Part shown: positions 1-11,097 of the stretch, in pieces
Layout of the letters: each line of letters begins with the position of its first letter
Position numbering within the stretch: position 1 is the first letter of the stretch
NCBI GenBank assembly: GCA_963763755.1
Contig: CAVXQE010000002.1
Span: 184,576 to 248,575 of the forward strand
From: an uncultured Gaiellaceae bacterium
Lineage (GTDB): Bacteria > Actinomycetota > Thermoleophilia > Gaiellales > Gaiellaceae
Reading direction: 5' to 3'
Length of the DNA: 64,000 nt
Made by a program: the position numbers and the translations under genes
The notes under the pieces: model-generated
What the model was told of the DNA's origin: nothing
Database searches by the model: none
What the model saw: the letters and a program-made list of their open reading frames with translations, nothing else

Positions 1-1194
1 TCCCCGAGGATCGCGCTCGGCCATGCCCTCGACGTCGTCCGGCCGGACGAGCATCGCGTGCCCGGCCTCGCTGGAGGATGTCGCGAGCGTCGCCCTCGGG
101 GACGGCCGCCGAGGATCGGCGTGCCGGACGCGAGGTACTCGTAGGTCTTACCGGGCACGATCGTCGCCCGCACTCCCGGCCGGGAGGTTCTGCATCGGCA
201 GAAAGAGCAGCTCCGCGGTGCGCATGAGCTCGATCGACTCGGCGTGCGACATGTAGCCGTGGAGCGTCACGACCGGGCATGCGTCGGCGACCTCCCGGTC
301 GGCCTCGCTCAGTGACGCCCGCGAGGTGAAGCTCGAGGACGTCTGCGAGGTATGGGTCGCGGGCGAGCAGCCGGTTGATCGCCTCGACCAGGTAGACATG
401 AGAACGGGTCAGGATGTCGACGCCCCGCGACGCTCCGCCCAGCGCGCGCCGAGCGGCCGCGCTGCGCCGTGCTGCAGGCCCAGGGCGGTGTGGAGGTAGC
501 CGGTGTGGACGATGCGGAACTTCCCGTCGTGCGGGCGCTCGGCTCGCCCGCGAAGTCGGCCGCGTCGAAACCGTTGGGGATCGCGACGACGGGCCGGTCG
601 CCGAGCTCGGGGAAGTCGGCCAGAGCCGAGCACCGCCTCGCGCGTGCTCATCACGATCGCGGACGCCGTGCCGAGCAGCGCTCCGCATCCGCCTGAGCTC
701 GCGGCGCCGGTGGAGCGCCGTCGGGTAGATCATCATCTCGTCGAGCGCCCAGGGATCACCGAGATCGGCGACCCACGGCTTGTCGAGCGCGCGGAGAGCG
801 CTGCGCCGGCCTCGGCCGAGGCGTACGGCTGCATCCAGACGTAGATCAGGTCGGCGTCGGCGCCGACCTCGCTCGCCGAGCCGGTAGCTGCGTCTGTCCA
901 CCATCGCTCCACGGCTCGCGCAGCCCAGAGCCAGCGTTCCGCCCGGCCGACGCCAGCGCGAGCGTTCGGGCTCTCCGGACCGCGGGAACCCGACGGACCT
1001 CGAGCTCGCGCGGGATCTCGGCGCTGAGCGTCGCGTCCTCGGGAGCCCAGCGGTCGGTCGTCGCCGCCGCCGCCAGTCACGACGATCGACTCGTAGCCGA
1101 GCTCAGCGAGCTCGCGGACCATCTTCAGCGGCCGCTGCGCGCCGGAGCCGCCGATCGGCGGGAAGTGGTACGAGTGAAAGAGGAGCTTGGTCAT
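1..1194 (-). CDS. GT4-family glycosyltransferase (3' end runs off the window; frame broken by indels)
   Basis: N-terminus MTKLLFHSYHFPPIGGSGAQRPLKMVRELAELGYESIVVTGGG (ORF 733..1224, internal Met at 1194). C-terminal piece VVTLHGYMSHAESIELMRTAELLFLPMQNLPAG (ORF 148..399) looks GT-B/GT4-like but lies in another frame. Confidence 0.6.
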
Positions 1195-1220
1195 CGAGGC
1201 CCGCGGGCGCAGGCGCAGAA

Positions 1221-2400
1221 TCATCGGACTTCGTGGGCGCCTGCGTCGGCCCGCTTGCCCTTGGGCCGCTTCCTGCCGTCGATGTCCCGACTGGGGTGGC
1301 TCTTCGGGTCACCGCGATTGATCGCCACAGCGCTGGGCTTGTAGGTGCAGGTTGGTGAGCGGATCGACGAACCCACTTGGAGCGTTTCGATCAGTGGCGC
1401 CGCACGTGCCGCCGTCGAGGACGTTGTAACGCCAGTTGATCGGCACGCCGCTGCTCTCGGCGCCGCAGGCTCCGAAGCGCATGATGTTGCTGACGAAGTC
1501 CATGTCGGTGCCGGGGCCGGAGCGGTCCCAGATCATGATCGGACCGGAGATCGAGTTGTAGCGGAGGTCGACGTTCGCATAGTCGTCCATCTGGATCGCG
1601 TAGGCGTTCCCGGAGGGATAGAAGAAGTTGTTCTCGATCAGGATGTTGCGTGTCATCGGTCCGTTCCCGAGCCACGCGATATGGAGGTTCGCGGTGGCGC
1701 CGCGTCCGTTGTCGGCCGTCCCGCAGTTCCGGAAGACGGAGTTTCGGATCGTGATCCGATCGCCGGCGAGGATCTGCAGGCACTCGACGTGCTCTCCCGC
1801 GATCGAGCGCCAGTCGTGGAAGTAGACGCCGTCGAACACGATGTCTCGCGGCGGCCGGTAGTCGGGCGCCCCGCCGTCGTCGAGATGGGAGTGGTAGTCG
1901 CACGACGGAGCAGGTGACCTCCCCGCCGATGAACGTGATGTTTGACGCTCCCTGCGTGAAGACACCCCGGTTGCGGACATTCCGGAAGACGAGATGATGC
2001 GCGTCGCGCGGGAGCTCGAGGTCGTTCAGAGCCATGCTGCGCACCTCGACGTATGACGCGAACACCTTCAGGGCGGCAACCAGCACCTTTTGGTTGCCGG
2101 TTGGGCGGAAGATCACGTTCGGCTGGGAACGGCCGGTGCGAGCATTGATTATCTGTTCGCGATAGGTGCCGCCGTCGACGTTGACGATTGCGCCCGGCCG
2201 CGCGAGTGCATAGGCGCGGTCGAAGCTCGCGCATGGCGTTGAGCGCCCGCACCGGCTCGCATCCGAGCCCGCTGGACTGATGTACAGCAGCTGAGGGGAC
2301 GGCGCGGCCGACTTCGACGCGGCGTCTCCGGCCGGGAAGGCGACGACCACCACGAGCGTGGCAAGAAGGAGGGGCCAGCCGAGTGAGCGCCGCGCGACGA
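1221..2400 (-). CDS. secreted right-handed beta-helix (pectate-lyase-fold) protein, paralogue family; frameshifted
   Basis: ORF 1391..2353 gives LLYISPAGSDASRCGRSTPCASFDRAYALARPGAIVNVDGGTY. ORF 1309..1980 gives EHVECLQILAGDRITIRNSVFRNCGTADNGRGATANLHIAW...NNFFYPSGNAYAIQM. The family-typical C-terminus AINRGDPKSHPSRDIDGRKRPKGKRADAGAHEVR* is in a third frame with its stop at 1221. The 5' end is uncertain. Confidence 0.6.
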
Positions 2401-2484
2401 TCGGGGCAGAGTACCAGCGTGTTCCGACTGATCTCGCGGGCCGGGGTCGTCAGGCCACCTGGTTCGAGAGCGCGTGTGCGCTGC

Positions 2485-3209
2485 TCAGGAGGGCTTGACG
2501 GCGACGGCGTAGGTGCGTCGTCCCAGGAGATTCGGCATTCGCGTTTCCGCGCGCTTGTAGAAGGCCGACGAGCGCCCGTCGAGCCGTTGCCCGATCTTCG
2601 GCGTGTCCGCGAGGAACGCGCCTGCGTAGCCGTGAACGTCGGCCTCGAAGCCGGCTTGGGTGAGCATGCGGTGCATCGTCTTCGGCGTGAAGAACCGAAT
2701 GTGCGGATCGCGCCAGGGCTCTTGGATCGACTTGTCGTCGCCGAGCGGATCGAAGCGACCGAGCAGAAGGAGCTCGAGCCGGCGGCGCCAGTACGCGACG
2801 TTCGGAAGCGACAGGAACAGAATGCCGCCAGGTTCGAGGACGCGGTAGAACTCCGCCGCGGCCTTCTGCGGCTCGAACAGATGCTCGAGGACTTCGATTG
2901 CGAGAAGGCCGGCGAACGAGCTGTCGGGGAAGGGCAGATCGCAGGCGTCGGAGATGACGCTCGCATCGAGCCCGTTCGCCTGGGCCTGGGCGACCGCGGT
3001 TTGGGAGATGTCGACGCCGTGATAACGGCACCCGTGGTCTCTCAGCCAGATTCCAGACGTGCCCCCGTCCCCGCAGCCGACGTCCAGCCAGGCCTCGTCG
3101 GGCCGGGCGTGGCGTTCGAGGACAGCCGCCAGTTCGGGGAAAGGTCTCGACGGGTGGGGTTGAAGCCGTCCGCGGTCCAGTAGCGGTCGTAGTAGGCCTT
3201 CGTCGTCAC
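2485..3209 (-). CDS. class I SAM-dependent methyltransferase (one N-terminal frameshift)
   Basis: My reverse-complement translation gives PELAAVLERHARPDEAWLDVGCGDGGTSGIWL...LLAIEVLEHLFEPQKAAAEFYRVLEPGGILFLSLPN...MHRMLTQAGFEADVHGY, with a GxGxG SAM motif. The GTG start at 3209 (VTTKAYYDRYWTADGFNP) is one base out of frame. The junction is at the run ctttcccc near 3140. Confidence 0.75.
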
Positions 3210-3325
3210 CTACTTGACGATGTCGGAGTGGAGTCGGAGTGCCACCCCCGAAGGAATAGTCGAACGGTCAGAGCGCCTCGGGTTCCTCGCCCCGCGACGC
3301 GTCTCTGCTCTGTAGACGCTTCGAT

Positions 3326-4500
3326 ATGCACGTTCTCTACAGCTTCCCGGACGCTAGGGCGGCCGGTATCGGCACGACCGCCTACCATCAGGTCAGGGAG
3401 GTAGCGGCGCAGGGCGTCGAGCGTCACGCTCTACTGCACGAGCCTGCAAGCCGAGCTGCCGCCGAAGGCGTGCGGGTCGTGCAGACCCTGTCGCTCGCGG
3501 GGCGGCGCATTCCGCACCGCGTGCTGGGCATCGACCGCAGCTATCGCTACCACGATCGTCGCGTCGCCGCTGGCCCTGCGCCGTCTCGGATCGAGCATCG
3601 ACGTGGTTCACACGTGGCCGAAGGCCAGCGTTCATACGTGTCGGGCCGCACACAGGAATGGAATCCCGTGTCTTCGGGAGGTCCCGAATACGCATACCGG
3701 GCACGCTTTCGACGTGGTGGCGCAGGAGATCGAGGCGCTGGGCTGGCTCCGCTCCGTGGCCACTCGCACACGTTCGACGCCGCCGTGCTCGAGCGCGAGG
3801 TGCTGGAGTACGAGACTGCCGACGCGCTGCTCGTCCCCTCCGAGTACTCCCGGCGGACGTTTCTCGAGCGCGGAGTGCCGAGCGAGAAGCTCGTGCTGCA
3901 CAGCTATGGCTTCGACGCGGGACGTTTCTTCGCTTCCGGCAACGAGCACCGCCCGAAGGGCAGGCCGTTCACGGCTATCTTTGTCGGACGGTGCGAGCCA
4001 CGGAAGGGCCTGCACCACGCGCTGCGCGCCTGGCTCGACTCGGGCGCCTGCGAGGGAGGCCGCTTCGTCGTGTGGGGTCGTTCGCTCCGCGTATCGCGAG
4101 GCGATCGAGCCGCTGCTCGCGCACCCGAGCATCGAGGTCCGTGGGTTCGTGGCCGATCCGTTCGCGTTGATGAGGGAGAGCGACGTCTTATTCTCCCCTC
4201 GATCGAGGAAGGCAGTGCGCTCGTCACGTACGAGGCGCGCGCGTGTGGGTGCGTCCTCGTGGTATCGGAAGCTACGGGTGCGCGTTGCCGGATGGTGTCG
4301 ACGGCCATGTCCACCCGCCGGGCGATGTCGCGATGCTGACGGAGCACCTGAGGCGTCGCCTTCGCGATCCGGAGCTCTTCGCGCGCTTCCGCGCCGCCAC
4401 GCTGGCGGCGACCGAGCGATCTCACCTGGGAGGCAGCCGCGCGGGAGCTCGTGGAGATCTACAGAGGGCGGGTCGGCGAAGACGAGAGCCCTGATCGAGA
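3326..4500 (+). CDS. GT4/GT1-family glycosyltransferase (frameshifted; 3' end approximate)
   Basis: MHVLYSFPD...GIGTTAYHQVREV...HSHTFDAAVLEREVLEYETADALLVPSEYSRRTFLERGVPSEKLVLHSYGFD...FVGRCEPRKGLHHALRAW...LPSIEEGSALVTYEARACGCVLVVSE...ELVEIY, spread over ORFs 3326..4339, 3603..4553, 4243..4494 and 4451..4678. Confidence 0.6.
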
Positions 4501-4521
4501 GTCGCGGGGCCCCTCCTCAGG

Positions 4522-7035
4522 TCAGTACGCGCTCGCGTCGGGACCGCGCGTGAACCGGCCGGCCGGCGGCGTCCAGCCGCTGGGTGCGCTGCCGGTGTTG
4601 CCGCAGAAGGTGTTGCCGGTACCGATCGGGGCGTCGAATCGCGCTACCGAAGTGGTAGTTCGTACCTTCCGGCATTGACCGGGGCGAGGTCCCTGCGGTC
4701 TGCCGCGATGTAGGTCCCGTCATGCTCTAGTGCCGACCGGGGGGCCGAAGCGTTGCCCGGGCGCGACACGTTCCCGTCCGTCGGGCGGGAGGGCGACCAC
4801 CAGTCCGGGTACTTGAAGAACACGTCCATCACCGCGCAGTTCCGGAGGTGGAGTTGCGGATGATCAGCCCTCCGGCACCTCGATGTCCGCGCACTCGGTG
4901 TGCACGCCGCTGGTCTTGAGGACGACGTCGTGGAAGAGGACGTTGTCGAAGACGATGCCGGCGCCATCGACGAGCGCGCCCTTCTGATCGGCGACGTTGC
5001 CGATGCTGCGTTCTTGAACGTAAACGGCTCGCCGCCGTTCTCGAACAACGCACCATCGGAGCCACCGAGCATCGCCATCTGCGCATCAACGTTGATCCCG
5101 TCGAAGATCAGGTTCGGCGAACGGAAATGGATCTGCCGAACAGCGTTACCCGGCTGACCCTTGAACGTCAGCGCCTTCGCTGCCACCGCCCTGAGAGGAG
5201 CCCGTGCCGCCAGCAAAGAACTGGGTCGGGTACACGCCCGAGCCGACCGACACCGTATCGCCCGAACCCGCAACCTCATAGGCACGAGCGAACGAGCGGC
5301 ACGGAGCAGCCTGCGTGCAGGCAGCCGCATCAGAACCACTCGGCGACAGATACAAGTTCGCCGCAGGAGCCGCAGGGAGGCGGCGGAGGCGGCGTACAAG
5401 CAGCCGTGGTAGCAGACATCGAGGCCTTGGCGGAGCGATTGCCTGCCGCATCGAACGCGTCGACGGCAAGCCCGTAGTTCGTCCCACAGGACAGGCCCGA
5501 GAACGTAAACACCGTTCCCAGAGCGCTCGAAACCAATGACCCACCGTTGTAACGTCGATACCCGGTCACGGCCACATTGTCGGTCGAAGCATCCCACGCG
5601 ACCGACGACGACGTCTGCGTCGTCCCGGTCCCGCGCAGGTTCCCGGCCACGGACGGGGCCTTGTCCGACGGCGGCGGGCAGGGGCTCGTAGCGGCGGTGA
5701 GCGTCGCCTTGTTCGAGCGGTTGCCGCGGCGTCGTAGGCGTCGATGGCGAATGTGTAGCTGCTGCCGCAGGCAAGGGCGGTGTAGGTGTGGCTGGTGGCG
5801 GTGGTGTTGGCGATCAGGCTGGTGTTTTGGTAGCGGCCGTAGCCTGTGACGGCGGTGTTGTCGGTGGAGGCGTTCCAGCTGAGTGCGAGGCTGGTGGTGG
5901 TCGCACTTGTCAGTGTCAGGTTGGTCGGTGCTGTCGGCGCTGTCGTATCGCCACCCGCTGCACAAGCGCTGGTCGAACTCGTCGCGCCGTCTTCCCGGAG
6001 CGGTTACCCGCCGCGTCATAGGCATCCACCGCAAGCGTGTAACTCGTGCCACAGGCAAGACCGGTGTAGGTGTAGCTGGTGGCGGTGGCGCTTGAGAGCA
6101 GGGTGGTGTTTTGGTAGCGGCTGTAGCCGCTGACGGCGGTGTTGTCGGTGGAGGGGTTCCAGGCGACCGCGAGTGAGGTTTGGGTTGCGCTGGTGGTTTG
6201 GAGGTTGGTGGGTGCGGTTGGGGCCTGGGTGTCGGCCGGCGGCGGCGGGGGGGTTGTGCTGGTGGCGACCGGGGTTGCCATGTCGGTTTTGACCTCGGTG
6301 GGGGTGAGGGCGCGGTTGAAGACGCGGACGTCGTCGAGTGAGCCGTTGAACCATTCGGGCCAGACGGCGTTTCCGCCAGGCGTAGCGGCGAGTTGGAGGT
6401 GCGATCGCGCCGGTCTGGGCGCGGGTTGCGACCTGGACGCCGTTGCGTAGACGCGGATCGTGACGCCGTCATCGGTGGTGGCGAGGCGTGTCCAGCTGTT
6501 TTTGGGTAGTGCGGTGGGCGCGTTGGCGCGCTGATCGCCACCGACTTGGACGTGGCCGCTCGGGCCGGAGGCGCCGTTGTGGGCGTAGAGGGCGTAGGCG
6601 AGGTTGCCGGGCTGCTCTTTGATCAGCGGCGGTTCTCCAGCGGAGCCGAGGCTGCTGGGGGGACCCAGGCCTCGAGCGTCATCGCGCTCGAGAGGTCAAG
6701 CTCGCGGAGTCGGCTACGGTGACCCAGTCGTTGACACCGTCGAAGCGCAGAGCGGCCCGTTCTTGCCCGCGGTTGTCCAGGCGGCACCGGAGATCGTGCC
6801 CGTGTTCGCGTTGCCGGAGTCATCGCGGAGGCTGCGCCGCTGCCGGCATCAAAGCCGTAGGCGGCAACCAGTTCGGAGCGGCTGCGCTGGCGAACGAGCC
6901 TGCGCCGGCAGCACCGGCCAGACAGACAACGAGAAAACACCCGAGCAGCAGGCGTGCGCCAGGAACCAGCCTGACAATCCTCGAACGCGGATCAGTCGCA
7001 GTGCTACCAGTCACTTGCGGAAGCGTGCTGTGCAT
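4522..7035 (-). CDS. secreted LamG - 3x FN3 - beta-helix protein (paralogue P1; multiple frameshifts)
   Basis: Signal-peptide-like start MHSTLPQ...RLVPGARLLLGCFLVVCLAGAAGAGS (ATG at 7035). The LamG-type block is LVAAYGFDAGSG...MTLEAWV...WFNGSLDDVRVFNRAL. There are three FN3 units (LAVAWNPSTDNTAVSGYSRYQN...GLACGTSYTLAVDAYDAAGNRS and similar). The beta-helix part is LYLSPSGSDAAACTQAAPCRSFARAYEVAGSGDTVSV...FDGINVDAQMAMLGG. Confidence 0.65.
5703..6064. repeat. about 360-nt segment nearly identical to 13261..13624 (FN3-coding part of paralogues P1 and P2)
   Basis: Line-by-line comparison of 5701-6070 with 13261-13630 shows only a handful of substitutions and three 1-nt indels. Confidence 0.85.
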
Positions 7036-7103
7036 TGAGAAGTTCCCTTCGTCTTGGCGAGCCGCCCAGCACGCAGTGGTCTTACTTCGAAATCGAACTC
7101 GGG

Positions 7104-7167
7104 CCAACTAGGCCCTGCTTGATCGGCCAGCTAGGTCCTCTTTGGGGTGTCAGTAGGCCCTCTTGTG
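7104..7167. promoter_or_regulatory. three direct repeats with 22-23 nt period in a divergent intergenic region
   Basis: ccaaCTAGGCCCTgcTTG (7104-7121), ccagCTAGGTCCTcTTTG (7127-7144), tcagTAGGCCCTcTTGTG (7150-7167). TAGG starts at 7109, 7132 and 7154. The site lies between the P1 start (7035, minus) and the GT2 start (about 7269, plus). Confidence 0.3.
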
Positions 7168-7268
7168 TCGTTTGTCGGTCAGGCGAGCCGAATACTTGAG
7201 ACCCGAATGCCTCGCTGGAGGGATGCCATAGCGGGGCAAAGCGAACCCCGCGGGGTCGCGAAGCCCGG

Positions 7269-8170
7269 TTGTTACGCTCGAAACATGTCGCCGTCGACGT
7301 CGTTGTCGTCTCGTACAACAGCCGCGACGAGCTTCGCGGCTGCGTGGAGCCGCTCTCGGCGCTCCCGGCGCGTGCACGTCATCGTCGTCGACAACGCGTC
7401 GCCCGACGGGAGCCTCGAGGCGGTCGGCGGACCTGCCGGTCGACCGCGATCGCGCTCGAGCGAAACGGCGGCTTCGCGCACGGCTGCAACGCCGGCTGGC
7501 GAGCGGGGTCGGCGCCCTACGTGCTCTTCCTGAACCCCGACGCGCGCATCGACGCCGAGTCGCCTCGACGCGCTCGTGCGGGTGCTCGAGGAAGCACGCG
7601 GAGGTCGGCGCCGTCGCGCCGCGCATCGTCCACGCCGACGGCAGCCTCGACTACTCGCAGCGCCGGTTCCCGCGACTGCGCTCGACGTACGCCCGGGCGC
7701 TCTTCCTGCACCGGGTCTTTCCGGCGGCGTACGTGGACGGACGAGCTGGTCCGCGAGCCGGCAGGCCTACGCGCGCCGAGCTACGCCCGACTGGGTCTCC
7801 GGCGCCTGCCTCCTCGTGCGCCGCTCGGCGCTCGAGGAGCTCGACGGGCTCGACGAGGGCTTCTTCATGTACTGCGAGGACATCGACCTCTGCCGGCGGC
7901 TTGCGCGCCGCCGGCCACGAGCTGGTCTACGAGCCCGACGCGCGGTCGTCGCGCACGAGGGCGGCGCCTCGGCGCCACGGCGCGTCGCTGCTGCCCGTCC
8001 TGGCGGCGAGCCGGATCCGCTACGCGACGAAGCACCGGAGCCGGCTCGGCTGCGCTGCTCGAGCGCGGCGGCGTCGCGCTCGAGGCGCTGACGCACGTCG
8101 TCGTCTCGCAGGGCGGCCGGCGCTGCCCGGGCCGGCCACGCGCGGTCGCTGCTGCTAGCGCGTCACGAAC
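7269..8170 (+). CDS. GT2-family glycosyltransferase (rhamnosyltransferase-like; frameshifted, ends approximate)
   Basis: [25 protein letters not shown] / [19 protein letters not shown] / [33 protein letters not shown] / [39 protein letters not shown] / [11 protein letters not shown], distributed over three frames. Confidence 0.65.
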
Positions 8171-8268
8171 CGGTCGCAGAGCTAGCCGTCCGGCTAGGTC
8201 CGCACGACGGCGCTCTGGCCGAACGGGCGTCGCCGCGGCTGCGGTGCGCGACTAGCGTTCGACGAGCT

Positions 8269-10204
8269 GTGTGCGGAATCTGCGGAGTCATTCAGGTGCG
8301 GGGCGAGCCCCGCCCCGTCGTCGCGCCGGACGTCCTCGACCGGATGACCGACGCGATGACGCATCGCGGGCCGAACGACCGCGGGACGTACGCGCGCCGA
8401 CGGCGTCGCGCTCGGCGTCCGCCGCCTGAGCATCGTCGACGTCGAGGGCGGCCACCAGCCGTTCGCGAACGAGGACGGCACGCATCTGGGCCGTCCAGAA
8501 CGGCGAGCTCTACAACCACGACGACGATCCGCGGCGCGCCTCGGCGGCCGCGGGCCACCGCTTCCGAGACGCGCTGCGACACGGAGATCATCCCGCACCT
8601 CTACGAGGACGCGGGCACCGCGCTTCCCCGAGCAGCTGCGCGGCAAGTTCGGCATCGCGGTCTGGGACGGCCGCGAGCGGCGCGCGGTGATCGCGCGCGA
8701 CCGGCTCGGCGTCAAGCCGCTCTACTACGCCGAGGTCGGCGACCTGCTCGTCTTCGCGTCCGAGCTGAAGAGCGTGCTCGCGAGCGGGCTCGTCGAGCAC
8801 CGAGCTCGACTACGAGGCGATCGACGCCTACCTGACGCTCGGCTTCGTCCCCGGCCCGATGACGCCGCTCGCGCGGCGTCCGCAAGCTGATGCCCGGCCA
8901 CCGGCTGATCGTCGATCGACGCGGAGTCGCGCATCGAGGCGTACTGGTCGTACCCGGAGCCCGCGCCGGTCGAGATGACGCCTCGACGAAGCCGGCGAGC
9001 GCCTGCTCGCAGGTCTCGACGAGTCGGTGCGGCTGCGGCTGATGAGCGACGTCCCGCTCGGCGCGATGCTGAGCGGCGGCCTCGACTCGAGCGTGATCGT
9101 CGGGCTGATGGCGCGGCACATGACGCGAGCCCGTCAAGACGTTCTCGGTCGGGTTCGCCGAGGCGGGCGAGGGCAACGAGCTCGCCGACGCGCGATTCGT
9201 CGCCGAGCACTTCGGCACCGACCACCACGAGCTCGAGCTCTCGTTCGCGGAGCAGACCGTCGACCTCGCGGAGCTCGTCTGGTTCATGGACGAGCCGCTC
9301 GCCGACCTCTCGTCGCTCGGCTTCCTCGCGCTCTCCGAGCTCGCGGCCAGCGACGTGACGGTCGCGCTGTCGGGCCAGGGCGCCGACGAGCTGCTCGGCG
9401 GCTATCGCAAGCACCGCGCGGCGGCGATCGCGGGCACCTGGTCGCGCCTGCCGGGCCCGGTGCGCGTCGGTCGGGAGCCGCGGCTTGCGACGCGCGCCGG
9501 CGCGGTTCGGCCGTGCCTCGCGGACGCTGAACGCGGCCGATCCGGCCGAGCGGCTGCTCGCGGCGAGCGGCAGGATCGAGCCCGGCGCTTCGGCAGCGAG
9601 CTCGTCCGCGGGCCGCTCGCCGAGCTCGACGGCGGACGCCGCGCTCGCGGATCGCGCGCGAGCGTCTCGGCGGCGTCGGCGACGACCCGCTGCCCGCCGC
9701 GCTCTACCTCGACGCGCAGCTCGGCCTCGTCGACGACATGCTCCACTACTTCGACCGCGCGTCGATGGCGCATTCGCTCGAGGTGCGCGTTCCGTTCCTC
9801 GACCACCAGCTCGTCGAGTACTGCGCGACGATTCCCTCGCGCCACAAGGTGCGGCGGCTCGACACGAAGCACGTGCTGAAGCGCGCCGCCCGCGGGCTCG
9901 TCCCCGACCGGATCATCGACAAGCCGAAGATCGGCTTCTTCCACACGGCGGTCGACGCCTGGTTCCAGGCCCAGACGCGCGGCGCGATCAGCGACTACCT
10001 GCTCGGGCCGAGCCCGCGCTACGCCGAGATGCTCGACCGCGGCGCGGTCGAGCGGCTCGTGCGCGGACCACGCAGCCGGAACCGACACGAGCAACGGCCG
10101 CGTCCTGCTGTCGATCCTGATGCTCGAGGTCTGGCTGTCGTCGTACCTGCCGCGCGCACTCGGCGCCGGCGCGCCGGTGCGCGAGACGCGTCACGGTCAG
10201 ATGA
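8269..10204 (+). CDS. asnB: asparagine synthase (glutamine-hydrolysing)-family amidotransferase (frameshifted)
   Basis: Starts MCGICGV (N-terminal nucleophile Cys). Also [25 protein letters not shown], the PP-loop [40 protein letters not shown]...[14 protein letters not shown] and [27 protein letters not shown]. The stop overlaps the next ATG (ATGA at 10201-10204). Confidence 0.8.
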
Positions 10205-11097
10205 TCCGCTCGTACGCAGTCGTCACGCCGGCCCGGGACGAGGCGGACAACCTGCCGCGGCTGGCGGCGAGCCTCGCAGCGCAGACGATCGTGCCGCGAG
10301 TCGTGGTACGATCGTCGACAACGGGTCGACCGACGGGACGCTCGAGGTCGCCAAGCGCGCTCGCGGCGGAGCACGACTGGATCAACGTCCTCTCGCTGCC
10401 GGGCGCGTCCGCGCCCGACCGCGGCGCCCCGATCGTGCGGGCGCTGCAGGCCGGCATCGCGGCGCTCGAGCACGACCCGCCCGAGATTCTCGTCAACGTC
10501 GACGCGGACATCTCGATCGAGCCCGACTACTTCGAGCGCCTGCTCGCGAAGTTCGATGCCGACCCGGCGCTCGGGATCGCGAGCGGCAGCGCGTTCGAGC
10601 TGCGACGCGGCGCGTGGGAACAGCGCTTCGTCACCGGGAGCACCGTCTGGGGCGCGTCGCGCGCCTATCGCTGGGAGTGCCTCCAGGAGCTGCTGCCGCT
10701 CGAGGAGCGCGTGGGGTGGGACGGCGTCGACGAGTTCAAGGCGAACTCGCGCGGCTGGCGCACGATCGCCTTCGAGGAGCTTCCACTTCCGGCACCACCG
10801 CCGCGAGGGCGAGCGCGACGGCACGGCCTGGCGGGCGCGGCGCGAACCAGGGCAAGGCCGCCCACTACCTCGGCTACCGGCCCTGGTACCTCGTGCTCCG
10901 CGCGCTCTGGAACGCGCGCCGCGAGCCGGCGGCGCTCGGGATGGTGTGGGGGTATGCGGCCGCAGCGTCGACGGCGCGCCGAGCGGAGCTCCGACAACGA
11001 AGCGCGCGCGTACCTGCGCCGCCAGCAGAGCCCGCGGAACCTGCGGCGTCGCGCGCTCGAGGCTGCGGGCCGGCGCAACCAGCCGGAGCTCAGATGA
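10201..11097 (+). CDS. GT2-family glycosyltransferase (compensating frameshifts)
   Basis: [29 protein letters not shown], then IVDNGSTDGTLEVAK in another frame, then AAEHDWINVLSLPG...NVDADISIEPDYFERLLAKFDADPALGIASGS. The stop TGA overlaps the next ATG at 11094. Confidence 0.7.
   Translation: MIRSYAVVTPARDEADNLPRLAASLAAQTIVPRVVVRSSTTGRPTGRSRSPSALAAEHDWINVLSLPGASAPDRGAPIVRALQAGIAALEHDPPEILVNVDADISIEPDYFERLLAKFDADPALGIASGSAFELRRGAWEQRFVTGSTVWGASRAYRWECLQELLPLEERVGWDGVDEFKANSRGWRTIAFEELPLPAPPPRGRARRHGLAGAARTRARPPTTSATGPGTSCSARSGTRAASRRRSGWCGGMRPQRRRRAERSSDNEARAYLRRQQSPRNLRRRALEAAGRRNQPELR

Noticed and set aside
1653-2966. 437-aa ORF on the minus strand spanning the beta-helix and methyltransferase genes.
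   Set aside because: The translation is Arg/Ser/Pro/Ala-rich with no motifs. Other frames of the same strand give clear beta-helix and SAM-methyltransferase sequences. It is a typical stop-codon-poor off-frame ORF in roughly 72% GC DNA.
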